Shown here: one piece after another, positions 26,290 to 38,450 of the stretch | Layout: every line of letters begins with the position of its first letter | How positions within the stretch are numbered: the first letter of the stretch is position 1 | The notes under the pieces: model-generated | What the model saw: the letters and a program-made list of their open reading frames with translations, nothing else | What the model was told of the DNA's origin: nothing | Databases searched by the model: none | Translations under genes and position numbers: made by a program | Source of the DNA: Camelus dromedarius | Lineage: Eukaryota | Reading direction: 5' to 3' | Length of the DNA: 64,000 nucleotides | NCBI RefSeq assembly: GCF_036321535.1 | Contig: NC_087436.1 | Span: 27,344,001 to 27,408,000, forward strand

Positions 26290-26384
26290 TAGAAAAATGA
26301 AATGGAAGAAGACATAATAGCATCAATAAACTTTATAAATCTAAGATTCTGCACACAATATATTAAAATAATTTTCAGAAGTAC

Positions 26385-26802
26385 TGAAGGACACAAAAAT
26401 TAGATCAGATGGACTTCAACAAAATTAAGGAGTTCTGTGCTTCCAAAAACACTATCAAGAAAATAAATGGACAACCCACAGACTTAGAGAAATATTTGTA
26501 AATTATATGTCTGATAAGAGACTTGTATCTACACTGTAAAATGAACTCTTACAACTGAATGGTAAAAACAAAAATAATTAAATTTTTAAAAATGGGTAAA
26601 TGATCCAAATACATATTTCTCCAAAGAAGATATACAGATGACCAATAAACACATGAAAAGACACTACATACCAGTTGCATCAGAGGACTGCAAGTCAAAC
26701 CCACAGTGAGAAAATACTCCATACCCACTAGAATGACTGTATCAAAAAGGCAGGTAATAATAATTGCTGCAAAAAACATGGAGAAATTGGAACCCTGCTG
26801 GG
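26385..26802 (+). mobile_element. L1 ORF2 3' fragment
   Basis: 'atggacttcaacaaaattaa...tttctccaaagaagatatacagatg...cccactagaatgac...tggagaaattggaaccct'. Confidence 0.9.
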
Positions 26803-27989
26803 AATTTTTTAAAAAGTGAATAAAGTTAAATTTCTAAGCATTCAGTGAAAATAAAAACAAGAGGATAATCTTGTTTAAATGTAAAAGCATGAACAGGAAT
26901 ATCTGATTTTAAATGGCTCTTTCTGGGAATAATTGGCAGCTAGTTTGAAATACAAAAATCAAGGTTTCAATTTAGGTAAATACTGGAAATGATATATGAA
27001 GAATATTCAAACTAAAGATAAGCTTTCTCCCCAAAAAGTACAGGAAAAAAAGGGCACATATTTAAGGCCTGTGCATTAAAATCGAAGGTAGAATCAGCTC
27101 AGATTACTCCTATCTGGAGATGAAAGATTTAAAAGGAGTGAGTAAGGCAGTTATTAACAGAATCTTGTTTTACTGTAACAAACTGTTGGTTAACAGGGTT
27201 CTGCACACTTGGTGAAGTTCCATAAGGTAAACTTTAGGAATATGGTAGCAGAAATAATGGCAGGATACTGCTGCTGTTCCAGTTTATTAAATGGATGTTT
27301 TTAAATTGAACAGTCGAGCCCTCGTTTTCAATAAATGCTCATTTGCAAGAAAGCATTGTCTTTTGAAAACTTGTCTCTTCACTGGCCAGACTGGAATGTT
27401 GGTAGATTCATAGCTTCACAAACTATCCAGTCTCTCTGCCTGGTTCTTGATTATATGTCAATGGCTCAGAGCTAAAAATGGAACAATAACTAATGAATCA
27501 TCTTGACAGGTAGAAATGCATACAGTGATTTATAATGGTATTTGTTTATGACAAATTCTTTCCAGATTTGTCCCTTACTCAGTTGTTTTGATTGAGTGTC
27601 AAGTTTCATGAAGAAAAACAGCACAGCTTAGAAACATTAAATATCCTTGTACAGAATGTTGATGTCATCCAGTACTTCATTCCATAACTGAAAATATCCG
27701 GAATTTGTTTTACGTATAACTTGATTAAGAAGCACAGTTCGAGAAACTATCTTCAAAGAAAAGGCAACTAATACTTTTTAGTTTATTAATATATCATGGT
27801 AACTAAGAAAAATGGAGCATTTGATCATGCTACAACTGTTGTATTATAATTAAATTTGAAGTACTTTGTACCTGACTGTTATTAGTACTAAACAAAGATG
27901 TCTTTCATCACACTTCCCAGATGCCAACTGAAATAAATAATGAGCTATACACATAAGGGAGATGATAAAAATGTGTTTGTATTAAGTAG

Positions 27990-28425
27990 AAATCTTTCTT
28001 TTCTGTTTGACTGAAAAGCATCTTGAACTAAATTAAACAATAAAAAGGAGAATTGAGTGGCTCAGCAAAACTAAACCATGAAAAGGTAGAGCTGAATGAG
28101 AGTCAGGTTCAACTGGTTGAAAGACTATGAACATTTACATCATTTCTCCTTCATTTCTTATCTATGTTATTCTGTGTGTTTTATCATCTTCCTCTTCCTG
28201 GTACAGATAGATGGTCCAGCCCTATTTTATGTGTGTAACAATGGCAACTGGTAGCTCCAGATTTTATTAAGCCCACTTAGAGACCCAAACTAAAGAAGAC
28301 TTCTCTCTTGAAACATTGATATAAAATTCTGGGGATAGACCCTGATTAGCTTTGGAGGAATCATGCTGCCCCGCCCGTGTCAATCAGTGTGGGTTGTAAT
28401 GTTTGGCCAAGACTAGATTATGTGG
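27990..28425 (-). mobile_element. Old MaLR LTR (MLT1K/L-like)
   Basis: 'atggcaactggtagctccag...ccctgattagc...caatcagtgtgg...tggccaagactagattatgtg'. Confidence 0.5.
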
Positions 28426-28439
28426 AATTCATCTGAAAA

Positions 28440-28999
28440 TGTAAAGGACTCAGAAATAAGAAAGCAAACTTGGAGGACTTACATTTCCTAGTCTCATCAC
28501 TTACTACAAAGCTGCAGTAATGAGGACAGTATGGTACTGGCATATGGACAGACATATGATCAATGGTATAGAATTGAGAGCCAAAAAATAAGCCCTTACA
28601 TTTATAGTCAGCTGACTTTCAACAAAGATGTTAAGAAAATTCAATGGGAAGGAAATTGTCTTTTCAACAAACTGTGCTGATACAACTGGTTATCCACCTG
28701 CAAATAAATAACGAAAGTTGAAGTTGAAGCTGTACTTTACACAACACAAAAATAGTTAATTCAAAGTGGATGGCAGACTTCAATATGAAAGCTAAAACTA
28801 TAACTCTTAGAAGAAAGTGTAGAAGTAAATATTTATGATCTTGGGTTTGGCAATGATTTCTTAAATAGGACAACAGTAGTGCAAACAGTAATAGAAAGGA
28901 ATAATGAAGTAGATTTCATCAAAAAGAAATATGTTTTCTCTTCAAAAGCCACCATCCTGAAAGTGAAAAGATGCCCCATAGACTGGGAGGAAATAATTG

Positions 29000-29002
<3 letters not shown>
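28440..29002 (+). mobile_element. L1 ORF2 fragment; a continuation appears at about 29560-29720
   Basis: 'ttggaggacttacatttcct...tactacaaagctgcagtaat...tggtactggcat...ttttcaacaaactgtgctg...gactgggaggaaataattgc'. Confidence 0.9.

Positions 29003-29035
<33 letters not shown>
29003..29035. repeat. (TG)16 microsatellite
   Basis: Visible directly. Confidence 0.95.
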
Positions 29036-29037
<2 letters not shown>

Positions 29038-30643
29038 ATATATATTTTGAGGAAAAATCCCAGCTTTTTAATTCTCAACGAGAAAACAACAAAACCACAA
29101 ATTAGAGCCATGGAGTAAAATACAGATGAAGCGGAAAACATTCTCTTTTCAGTCTCCCTCCTTTGAATGGCGCTGTACTACAGAATTTATTTTACTGGGA
29201 CGAACTGAAGATTAAATGCTGTATCTTTGATCAATTTGGACTCTCTAACTTTTGTAAGATGAGGAATACAAGATTTGCTAATTAATAAACTAAAAAAGCA
29301 GCAGAAATCCCTAGAAAAGCTCCACATTACCAATAAAAGATGGCAAGAGGAAAAAAAAGATAGCTAAAAACTAGTGACAAATCAAAGTAAAGCCTTTGGT
29401 GCGTTTTCTAAACTTCTGTCCTAAAGTAGTGTTTTTCAGTATTTTTCAAAAGAAAGATTACTATGAATTTGCCCTATCATCCCAATTCACCTCTCCCTTT
29501 CCCTCTTTCTTTCCACTTTTGAGAAATAAAAGGGAAGCATAGTTCTGTTTGATGTCTGTCATATGATATATGTAGTCATAATATAATTATATCCAGATTA
29601 AAAAACCTCTTACAACTTAACAATTAAAAATCAACTCAATTAAAAATGGACAAAAGATCTCAAGAAAGATTTTTCTGAAGAAGGCATACTATGGCCAATA
29701 TACACATGCAGAAGATGCTTATTTGCATTTTGCAGAATATGTACTGAGTGTTCTCTGAGTACAGTACCTAATGTGATTAAAAGTGAATATTTAAACTTTG
29801 TCACTCAAGCATTTAGCATAATATTATGACGTCAATATATATTTTTTTCAGTTAAAGAAATGAGTGATTGGCATACTAGGCATATCTTTGACTCTTAACA
29901 TTGATGAAGTTATTTATAATGAAAGAAATTAACTAGGGTCCCTTCAAATCTTCATGCCCATGGCTACATAGCTAAGAAAAAACTGAAATCTAATGTAGGA
30001 AGTAAATTAGTTGTTTCAAGGTTCCAAGTGAAAGTAGCTTTGTTCTTTCATTTCATGATCCTTGCAGAGTTCCCTTCTCAGATAACACAACAGGAGGGCC
30101 CATTATATGGACGGATTTCTTTTGAGCAATGCCCTAGGCATTGGACGATTGCTCATAAGATAAAGATCTACATTATGGATACTACATAAATCTTTTGTGT
30201 GCTATTTTACAAATTATATTTTTGTACTTTATTATCTTTGAGCACCCTACGGATATTTTTCAAAACAGTTACCTCCCCTTATATTTTCAGGGATGTGAAG
30301 TGTAGAAAGTCTTCTCTGTTGGATGTCTGCTATACAATTCTCATTTAAAAATATTTTTCTAGTCCTTGTTTTGATTTATTTCAAGTCACCCATGTATCAA
30401 ATGACAAACCAGTTGGTTGCTGACCTTTAAAATTTTTCAGAGCTTTAAGAGAAAACCATAGGGAACCTGTCCAAAATACCGCTCATTTTATTATAAGACT
30501 GCAGCGGTTTTCTTTTGCAAACAATTTGTAAGACTACAAGCATTTTTAATAACATTATATCACTAGAATAGATCCTATTTTATTAAGATATATATTTTTT
30601 ATATGTTCCATACTTGTCTTCTACTGTTGGGGGACTATTTTAC

Positions 30644-30683
30644 GTATGTATGTATGTATGTATGTATGTATTTATGTATTTAT
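30644..30683. repeat. (TATG)n microsatellite
   Basis: Visible directly. Confidence 0.9.
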
Positions 30684-30927
30684 ATGAAATTGAAAAGATA
30701 AAAAAACAATATTATGCATTGTTAAACTACATTAAAATAATATAAAAAATAGATGACCTCTTAAACTTATGAAACTATTTTGTTTAGAAAACAAAATGAA
30801 GAGACTGACTTCCAGAATGGTGAAATAAGATTCTCTCTCAGAAGCAATCCATTCTCTCATAAAAATAATGGCAATACTGGCAAAGAACTAAAATTAAACA
30901 TTTCAGAAATTTTTGAATTGACTGAAC

Positions 30928-31292
30928 AGTGGAAAAAATAATGAATCACTGGTCCATGCTACAACATGGATTAACCTTGAAAGTATTATGCTAAGTGACT
31001 GAAAGTCCCTCACAAAACCATATATATCATGGTTCCATTTGTATAAAATATCCACAATAGTCAACTCTGTAGAGATGGAAAGTAGATTATTGTTTGCCTG
31101 GAGTCAGGGGTTGGGCATGGGTATGAGAATGTGAGATGTCATTGAGTTTCATTTTGAAATGAGGAATATGTTCTAAAATTCGATTTGGATGGTATTCGCA
31201 CATCTCTATGAATACAATCTTTTAAAATTGCACTGTGTACTTTAAGTGTGCTATATCATATTGAAATTTTATCTCAATAAAACTCTTAAAAA
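30928..31292 (+). mobile_element. L1MB-like 3' end
   Basis: 'catgctacaacatggattaaccttgaaagtattatgctaagtga...gaaagtagatta...atgttctaaaatt...tatctcaataaa'. Confidence 0.88.
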
Positions 31293-32279
31293 GAATAACA
31301 TATATAAAATGAGATTCCTATACTAGTAGGGCTTTAAGAGCTTTATCACATATCAGGAAATGATATGCATATTCATAGTATATGCAAATACGCCTTCCAG
31401 CTTTGAGATGCAGAATGGACTCTCTTATTGGAGTGCAGATCTCATTTCCATAATACCTATTTACATTCATTTGCTATCAATGCATCAATAGATGAACCCA
31501 CTGACACTTTCTTCTTCCCTCTGTAGCCCTGATGCCAACAAGGCACTGATTTTTTTGTTGTTTAGTCTGGATCTGAACCTTCCAGTCCTGACCCATACTG
31601 TATTGTAGTGCTCTTATTTGTGTAGTTAGCTACCCAGATCTGGCCTCCACTGAGATTCTTTTGAAATAATGCTTATAAAAGTAGTATTTTTCAGCAGACC
31701 TTATATTTAGCACTATTATATTTCTATCCCTGGACAATATAAGGAATAAAATAGAACTATGAATTCATACAGTCTTAAGGAGCACTCTTTTATATTCCAG
31801 ATACAGACCTTTTTATACAAGATTTTATGTAAAATCTTGGTCTATATTATATAACAGATTTAAGGAGAACACATAGATGCACACAAACAGGATTGTAAGT
31901 ACAATGTCTCACAAAGCACTGTTTGACAAGATAATTTTCAAGCTAAAGAAAAAGTGTTCTAGGCTTAAATGTGTTTGTTGAAAAAAATGGATCAGACAAA
32001 ATTGAAATACTTTTTTCCTTGTGGACTCAAAAATCGTCTAAATATATTGAAGTGAGTTGTGACTCTCAAGAGGGAAAATACAGTAGATTCCCGAATATAT
32101 TTGAACATAGAAACCCCTCTCATGAACATCAAAATTCTTAGATGTTATAAAGCACATTTTTGGGAACTGTGAAGAAATAATTTTTTTTATTAAGTCGTAT
32201 ACACAGTGAATTCAGGAGTTTAAATTCCTTGATGTCTAAGAGGGAGTCTGTATATTCATCACCAGTTTAAGACTATATA

Positions 32280-32870
32280 GACTTTATTTTATTTAAGTTT
32301 ATTTGCATAAAAGTAAAACACATACATTATTTTATTTATGTATAAAAGTAAAATGGTAAAACAAGGCCTACCAACAGCAGATTTCCCCTCTTCTTTACCT
32401 TTTGCCTGTTCATTCCTACTGTTGGATCGCAACTACTAGCCATTGTTTTAGCTCTTTATTCTGCTATTCACTTTCAGATTTCTAAAGTGCATGCTGTATA
32501 TTTATCCTGTGCTGCTTTTTTTCCTATAAGTTGTTATTTATGTTGGCCTCTCTGTCACTTTCACTCTCACACATAGTCCTATGCACATACTGTGATTATT
32601 GTTACATCTCAATGTGTAGTCAAATAAATATCCATTGCTTATATTATTATGACTATACAAATTCTGCCTATTGTTGAGACACATAGTAAAATAAGATTGC
32701 ATTTTCTTTCTTGTAGATCTTTTTGCTTTTTATATTACAGTTAATGATTGTGTGTGGGGAGATGTGTTTGTGTGTTGCTTAGTTCTCAGCGTCCTCTTTC
32801 CCTGTTTACTCAAAACTTTCAAGCTGGGCTGGAAAATTTCTCTCAATGTATTTAAACAGCCAAAATTCCA
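32280..32870 (-). mobile_element. Very old L1ME/HAL1-like fragment
   Basis: T-rich degenerate L1-type 3' sequence. Confidence 0.4.
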
Positions 32871-32984
32871 TAAATCCTTCTTATCCTTCTGTCAATCCTT
32901 ATCACTTTCTCTGGAACTGCCAGGTTAGTTAGCATTTGGTCTGCCTTTCCAAATACTGCGGGTAATAGTTTTACAAAATATTTT

Positions 32985-33292
32985 ACCCAATGTGTGCCAA
33001 GCAATTTCCACATAGAAATTTAGGGACCCAGGATCCTTCCATCGTTGGTGCCCTCATCTTTAATTACATGGCCTGCAAAGTTATTCCTAATGAAAACAGA
33101 GAATAGAGAATCACTATCAGAAAATGCTTTCTAAGCCAGAAAGTGTAGTGTATCTTTTGTACCTACATTCTGTTTGACATAACCCAGTCATATAGTCCAG
33201 CCATACTACCAGAGGGTAGGAAAAGACATTAGATGTGGGCCAGTAAAAGGTAGGAAAACAGATCTGAGTAGAGTACAAGCCTTCTTCGCCAC
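32985..33292 (-). mobile_element. MLT1J-like LTR fragment
   Basis: 'agggacccaggatccttccatc...cacattctgtttg'-like core and 'cagtcatatagtcc', resembling MLT1J. Confidence 0.7.
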
Positions 33293-33549
33293 CCTGAATT
33301 TCAAAGATTAAAACAATAATACAAGCAATTTGGAAGATTAAGCAAGTGACATAGAAGGTGGTTCTGAGGAAGCCTTGATCTTCTTCAGTGCTGTAATTTA
33401 AACCAGAAAAGAGTGAAGCGACATCTTTAAAGTTGCATATGTAAGAGACTGTGACACAAGAGTTGCATAACAAACTGAAACTAAATTGGAAACCAAGACC
33501 CATTTTCAAGTGCGCGAAGACTCCAACCTCTTTGATTTACTCTTTCTGG

Positions 33550-34640
33550 CAAAAATCCATTTAAAGATGCATACTGTCTAATTAAAGATGAATTAAAATA
33601 AAGAATTCACAAATGGGAGGCCAAAGGTAAGAAATAAAATACTGACAATGAGTGTTGGTACCAGTTAACTGTGTAATTGAATTAATGAAATTCGTATAGT
33701 AATTAACAAATGAACTTGCTCTAGTTAACCAAATATAATAGTATCATGTAATAATATCACCCTAAAAATAACAATCTCAGGTAAAAATCATAGAAAAATA
33801 TAAAAAGCGTATTAGGGCTTGTGAAAAGAAGAAAGAAGACTGATGGTGTACCATTTTTTTTTATTCACGTGGGATCAGTAGATTGAATTTTTGACCTTTG
33901 TCTGTTGGAAAACATAGGTTTAAGCATATTATATAATGACAAAAATGTTAGCACTTACAGAATTAATGAAAATAATGTATTTAGTAAATCAGGCAGTATT
34001 GTAAAAACAAACAAAAAAGCAACATACATCTAATATAGGATGTAGAAAGCTATTAAAATAAAAATATATTTAATAAAGGAAATATAAAGCTATTATCAAA
34101 AGAATATTAAAATTAAAAGAATGTTATTAAAAGAATAAATATTGTAATTCAGATCATGTATCTCAAAGTCAGTGTAATCAACTGAACATGTTTAGCTTTT
34201 AACAGAAAAACTAAATTCATAGTTGTAAAGACACCCACACACACGCGTGTGCAGAAATTGAACTGAGAGCCATGCTTAGAACAAAGTGCCTCAAAATGCT
34301 GAAGTTGAACAGTGGACAATGTTCAACCTTGAAATACAAAACCAAGAGAAAGAAATCAAGTTTTAAAATACAAAATACTTGAGTTAAAAGAGAAGTGAAA
34401 GTCTATCAAGACAAAGAAGATGACTTTATAATGACAGAAATATAATGATAGACTGTGAATGGAACTGTGTTTCTGGTGATATGGTATATACTACATATAA
34501 AGTACTTATATAAATAGTACCAAAGTTCAAATGAATGAAAAATTAAATGAAATAAAAGGGTAAAAAAAGTCAGTAGATTTTAATTTGCCTCCCTCAATGT
34601 ATGACAGATTCAGAAATATAAAACAGTAAGACCATAAAGT
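33550..34640 (+). mobile_element. Degenerate L1 inter-ORF/endonuclease remnants
   Basis: A-rich, with 'agacaaagaagatgactttataatgac' and 'gtagattttaatttgcctccctcaatgtatgacaga' resembling decayed ORF2 endonuclease segments. Confidence 0.55.
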
Positions 34641-34649
34641 GCCCATGTG

Positions 34650-35390
34650 TTTACTCTGTATTTAATTTTTTTTAGCTCTCACACTGTGTTCAGCACTGTG
34701 CTATATCAGGATGATGCTGTAAGCATTTTATTTCACGGAGCATATTGTCTAACTGGGGAGAAGAACATTAATGAAGTAAGTGACAAATTGCCTGCATACT
34801 TTCAAAGTGATGTTAGAGCCACAGAGGAATGGTACCTAGTTAAATGAGAACAGATAACAAAAGCACATGACTTAGAATACAGAGAGAGTCTCACAAGTGC
34901 TTTTGTGTGTATTTGAAAAGGAAGTAGTAACTAAAAGAAAAAGACGAAGACTCTTTACAGTCAGAAAGAAAGAACTGCAGGTATAAGCTCCGAGGCTGGA
35001 ACAAACATGCAAATATATCCAAGGGACAAACAAAGAAATCCAAAGAGCTGATGGGAGGCTGGAGTCAAGTGAGTTACTGGATGAGGCAGCAAGGTGAACA
35101 AGAAACAGAGCATGTGCAGCCTCACAGTTCTTCTTAAATTCATTTCGCCTTTATGCTTGGAGCCATGAAGAACTTTAAGAAGGATAAATGATGCTCGGTT
35201 TTGCATTTTGAAAAGATCACAGGATGACAGCTAGTATGGAGGGGGCCAGGAAAGGTGCACAGACTTAGGTAGGAGGCCATCCCAATAAGAGCAGTGAGTG
35301 ATGTCGTTTGACTTCACAGTGGAGATAGAGAGATATGGAGACAAATTAGAGCTACTTTTGGTGTAACTGGCAATGTACTGGGTTTTGATA
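34650..35390 (-). mobile_element. L2 fragment
   Basis: 'cactgtgcta...ttcacggagcatattgtctaactggggaga...tttgcattttgaaaagatcac...taggaggccat'. Confidence 0.75.
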
Positions 35391-35652
35391 GTGAAGGAGA
35401 GATGTGTGTTGAAAGAAGGAGAGATGTGTGTTGAAAGAATGGAGCCTACAGGAATTTGCTTTTGCAGCTGAGAGATGTACATAAACACTGTGCATCTGTG
35501 CTCGAAGCCACCATCTACCAGAGTGAAAGGCTCTGCTGGGTGCTGGGAATATGCGGGAAGTGGATTGAATTCGGTCTGGTTCAGTTTGAGAAGCATAGAA
35601 AGTGTAATAAGGGCAGTAAATACCTAAAATAATATGGTAAAGAGCAAACAGA

Positions 35653-36003
35653 TGGTATTTTTCTTTCTCTTTCTGGCTTCCTTCTCTTAGAATAGACAAT
35701 CTCCAGGTCCATCCATGTTGCTGCAAATGGCTTATGGCTACAGGATAAAGGGGGTGGGAAGGGATAAATTGGGAGTTCGAGATTTGCAAATATTAACTGC
35801 TATATATAAAAATAGATAAAAAACAAACGTCTTTTGTGTAACACAGGGAACTATATTCAATATCTTGTAGTAACCTATATTGAAAACAAATATGAGAATG
35901 AGTATCTGTATGTATATATATGACTGAAACATTATGCTGTACACCAGAAATTGACACAGTGTAACTGAGTATACTTCAATTAAAAAAAAAAAGAAATTAA
36001 AAA
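35653..36003 (+). mobile_element. Lineage-specific L1 3' end with 5' inversion
   Basis: Inverted segment 35653-35731, sense 3'UTR 35732-about 35980 plus A-tail, TSD aaagagc(a/g)aacaga at 35639-35652 and 36004-36017. Confidence 0.9.
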
Positions 36004-38089
36004 AAAGAGCGAACAGACAGCTAAATGTAACAGAAAAGAAAATCAAGAAATGGAATTAATTTTATGTAAGAATTCAGAACATAATAAATATGTCATTTCA
36101 AAACATTAAGCAAGGATAGCATATTTAAACAGTAAAACTCCCATTAGCTAGTAATTAGCTAATGATTTCATTTGTTGAAGGAAGAAGCATTGAGATACTC
36201 TTTTTCACATCACTCCATTACAGTTTTAAACACACACACACACACAAAAAAAAACTTCCCAGAAATTAATGGGAAAAAAAAATGTCTACAAAATGAAGTT
36301 CTCTTTAGATGGGAAAGATCTTTGTGAGCATGGCACTGAGAGGAGAAATTAGAATATCTTAATACATAAGAATTTTTTTCAATAAATACAGAGATGCTAT
36401 AAACAAATCACAAATTTAGAGAGCTAATGGAAATAAATAGCTAATTAATCTACTAACAATGCCATGTTTTTCAAAAAAATTAAAATATAATTTTAAAAAT
36501 AAAATTATATATGACCACAAAATTTACTTGAAAAAAATAGTGATTTGGATAGTTATCTTCTGAAAATCAGATGGGAACAAATTAGCAATGTAGATTGTGC
36601 GTGACAGTGGAAGGTGAAAAATACTTTACTCAGGGCAGCAGGAAGACTTTCATGGAAATTTCATGAGTTCTCCAGCCAAATAGACACATTTCCAGGCAAT
36701 TTGATTGTAGTTTCAATGAAATCAATAATTAAATATTTGTGCCTATATAACTTATTTGACTGTCACCTATGTTGTAGAATATATAAAGAGTTTTATAAGT
36801 AAACATTGCATTTGCTTAAGAAGTTAATTCAGTGTTTATGTAGCTGAAAATGCCATAGCATTTCACACCTCTGACTTTGCTGTGAGGGTGTAAAACAGGA
36901 AAGAACACTGAAAAAGATTACTGAAGATTGGGGGAAAAAAGGAACCTGGGTATTAGGAGATCTGGCTCCTTTTCCTCACTTTATCCTTTAGTAACCTTGG
37001 TAAAGCACTTAGCATCTTCAATTCCAACCGTAATCATGCAAGCTGAATGATCAAAATACATTTTTTTCCCGAAGTCATTAGCTGTCGCAAAACTCAGTAA
37101 CATTCTGAAGTTACTTAGGACCTCTTTGACCTGAACACCTATTTTATCACCCTTTATTTGAGGTTCTTTCTAATAATTCTTCTGGCTTCCAGAAGTTGAT
37201 CGGATTTCCCTTTTTTCTTTGATTTTTCTTTAATTTTTTTTACTCTGTTGTGTATACTTAGCCTGCAATAGTCAAAATTATTACTAAATCAATGATAGTC
37301 TCCAGGTGGGCCAGCATGTGAAGTTTATCATTCCATCAGTTCCCCGTGATTCTGTTTGGCAGCCACTGCATAAATGCACACCTGCGGGGAAAACAAGGAC
37401 CATGGCAGGACCACACCAGGCCTACTGCCATGGTCAGGGAGAGAAACGCTGGGAGGCACAGATGGTCTCAGTGAGACGCTCTCCCTCTGCCCGTTGCTTT
37501 CTAGGGAAGGGAGCACACAGAAGTCTAGCAGGGCCAGGCTATGAGACTTTGGAAGAGAGACTCTCAGGAGCTGGGGTTAAGCTACACGAACAGTCGAGTG
37601 CTGGCCCAGCTCCTGCCCTGTTTTGATTTGGAATCCCGGTTTACCGCAGAACTTTGTGGAAAAGCCTTGGTTTGTGCTCTATGATTGTGATTACAAGTGG
37701 CATGGGTCCTTCAGCGCCACAACTTGTTTCTGCAGAGTTTTCAGAAGGACAACTCCTTTGTGGGTAGTCCTGGATGCAGACTGGACTTTCAACAAGCATA
37801 TTAAGTGTACACGGCTAGTAATACTACGTATGCAAGCACAGGTGTATGTGTGCAGAGTTGTGGTTGGGGGGTGCGCAGGGGTAACTGGGAAAATGAAACG
37901 TCCCCTTCATTCTGAGATACACTGGAGAAAACATGATCTTCTCTGAGAACTTAATCGAGGTCCTTTTAGAGGTAATTCTCAACTCCAGCTAGGACACTGC
38001 AGTTGCCGTATCATTGTTTTTTGAGGCCTACAGGTTGGGTCTTCATGTCTTTTCTAAATTCACGTTCAACCACCCACCGCTCCTTCATT

Positions 38090-38450
38090 TAATTTCAGCC
38101 ACACTGGCCTGCCTTCTCTCGCTTTTGCTTCCTCCAGAGTTTGCTCTTTGAAAGCCCCAAACTTGACAAACTCTTTTGTGGGATCTCCATGTGCTTCCTT
38201 CCTTCTACTTGTCATTCCATTCTCACCTCCTGTGTCACCTTCACAGGGAGCCCCTGCCTGTCTCTCTAACCTCTCACGTCCTGTACTGTGCTTTGTGCTG
38301 TCTGAAATGATCTTCAATATTTATATATTTTCTGTCTCCGCCTCCAACAATAGTAATTTCATGAGAAAAGGGGTGATATTCACAATTTTATCCCTGTGAT
38401 CTGGAATGGTGCCTCAGTCTCAATAGGTATTCAGTATGTTATTTATGTCC
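38090..38450 (+). mobile_element. L2 3' region
   Basis: 'cagccacactggcct...gtcaccttc...atggtgcct...taggtattca'. Confidence 0.7.

Noticed and set aside
31818..31839. 10-bp inverted repeat caagatttta-tg-taaaatcttg
   Set aside because: Short and AT-rich; plausibly chance, with no supporting context
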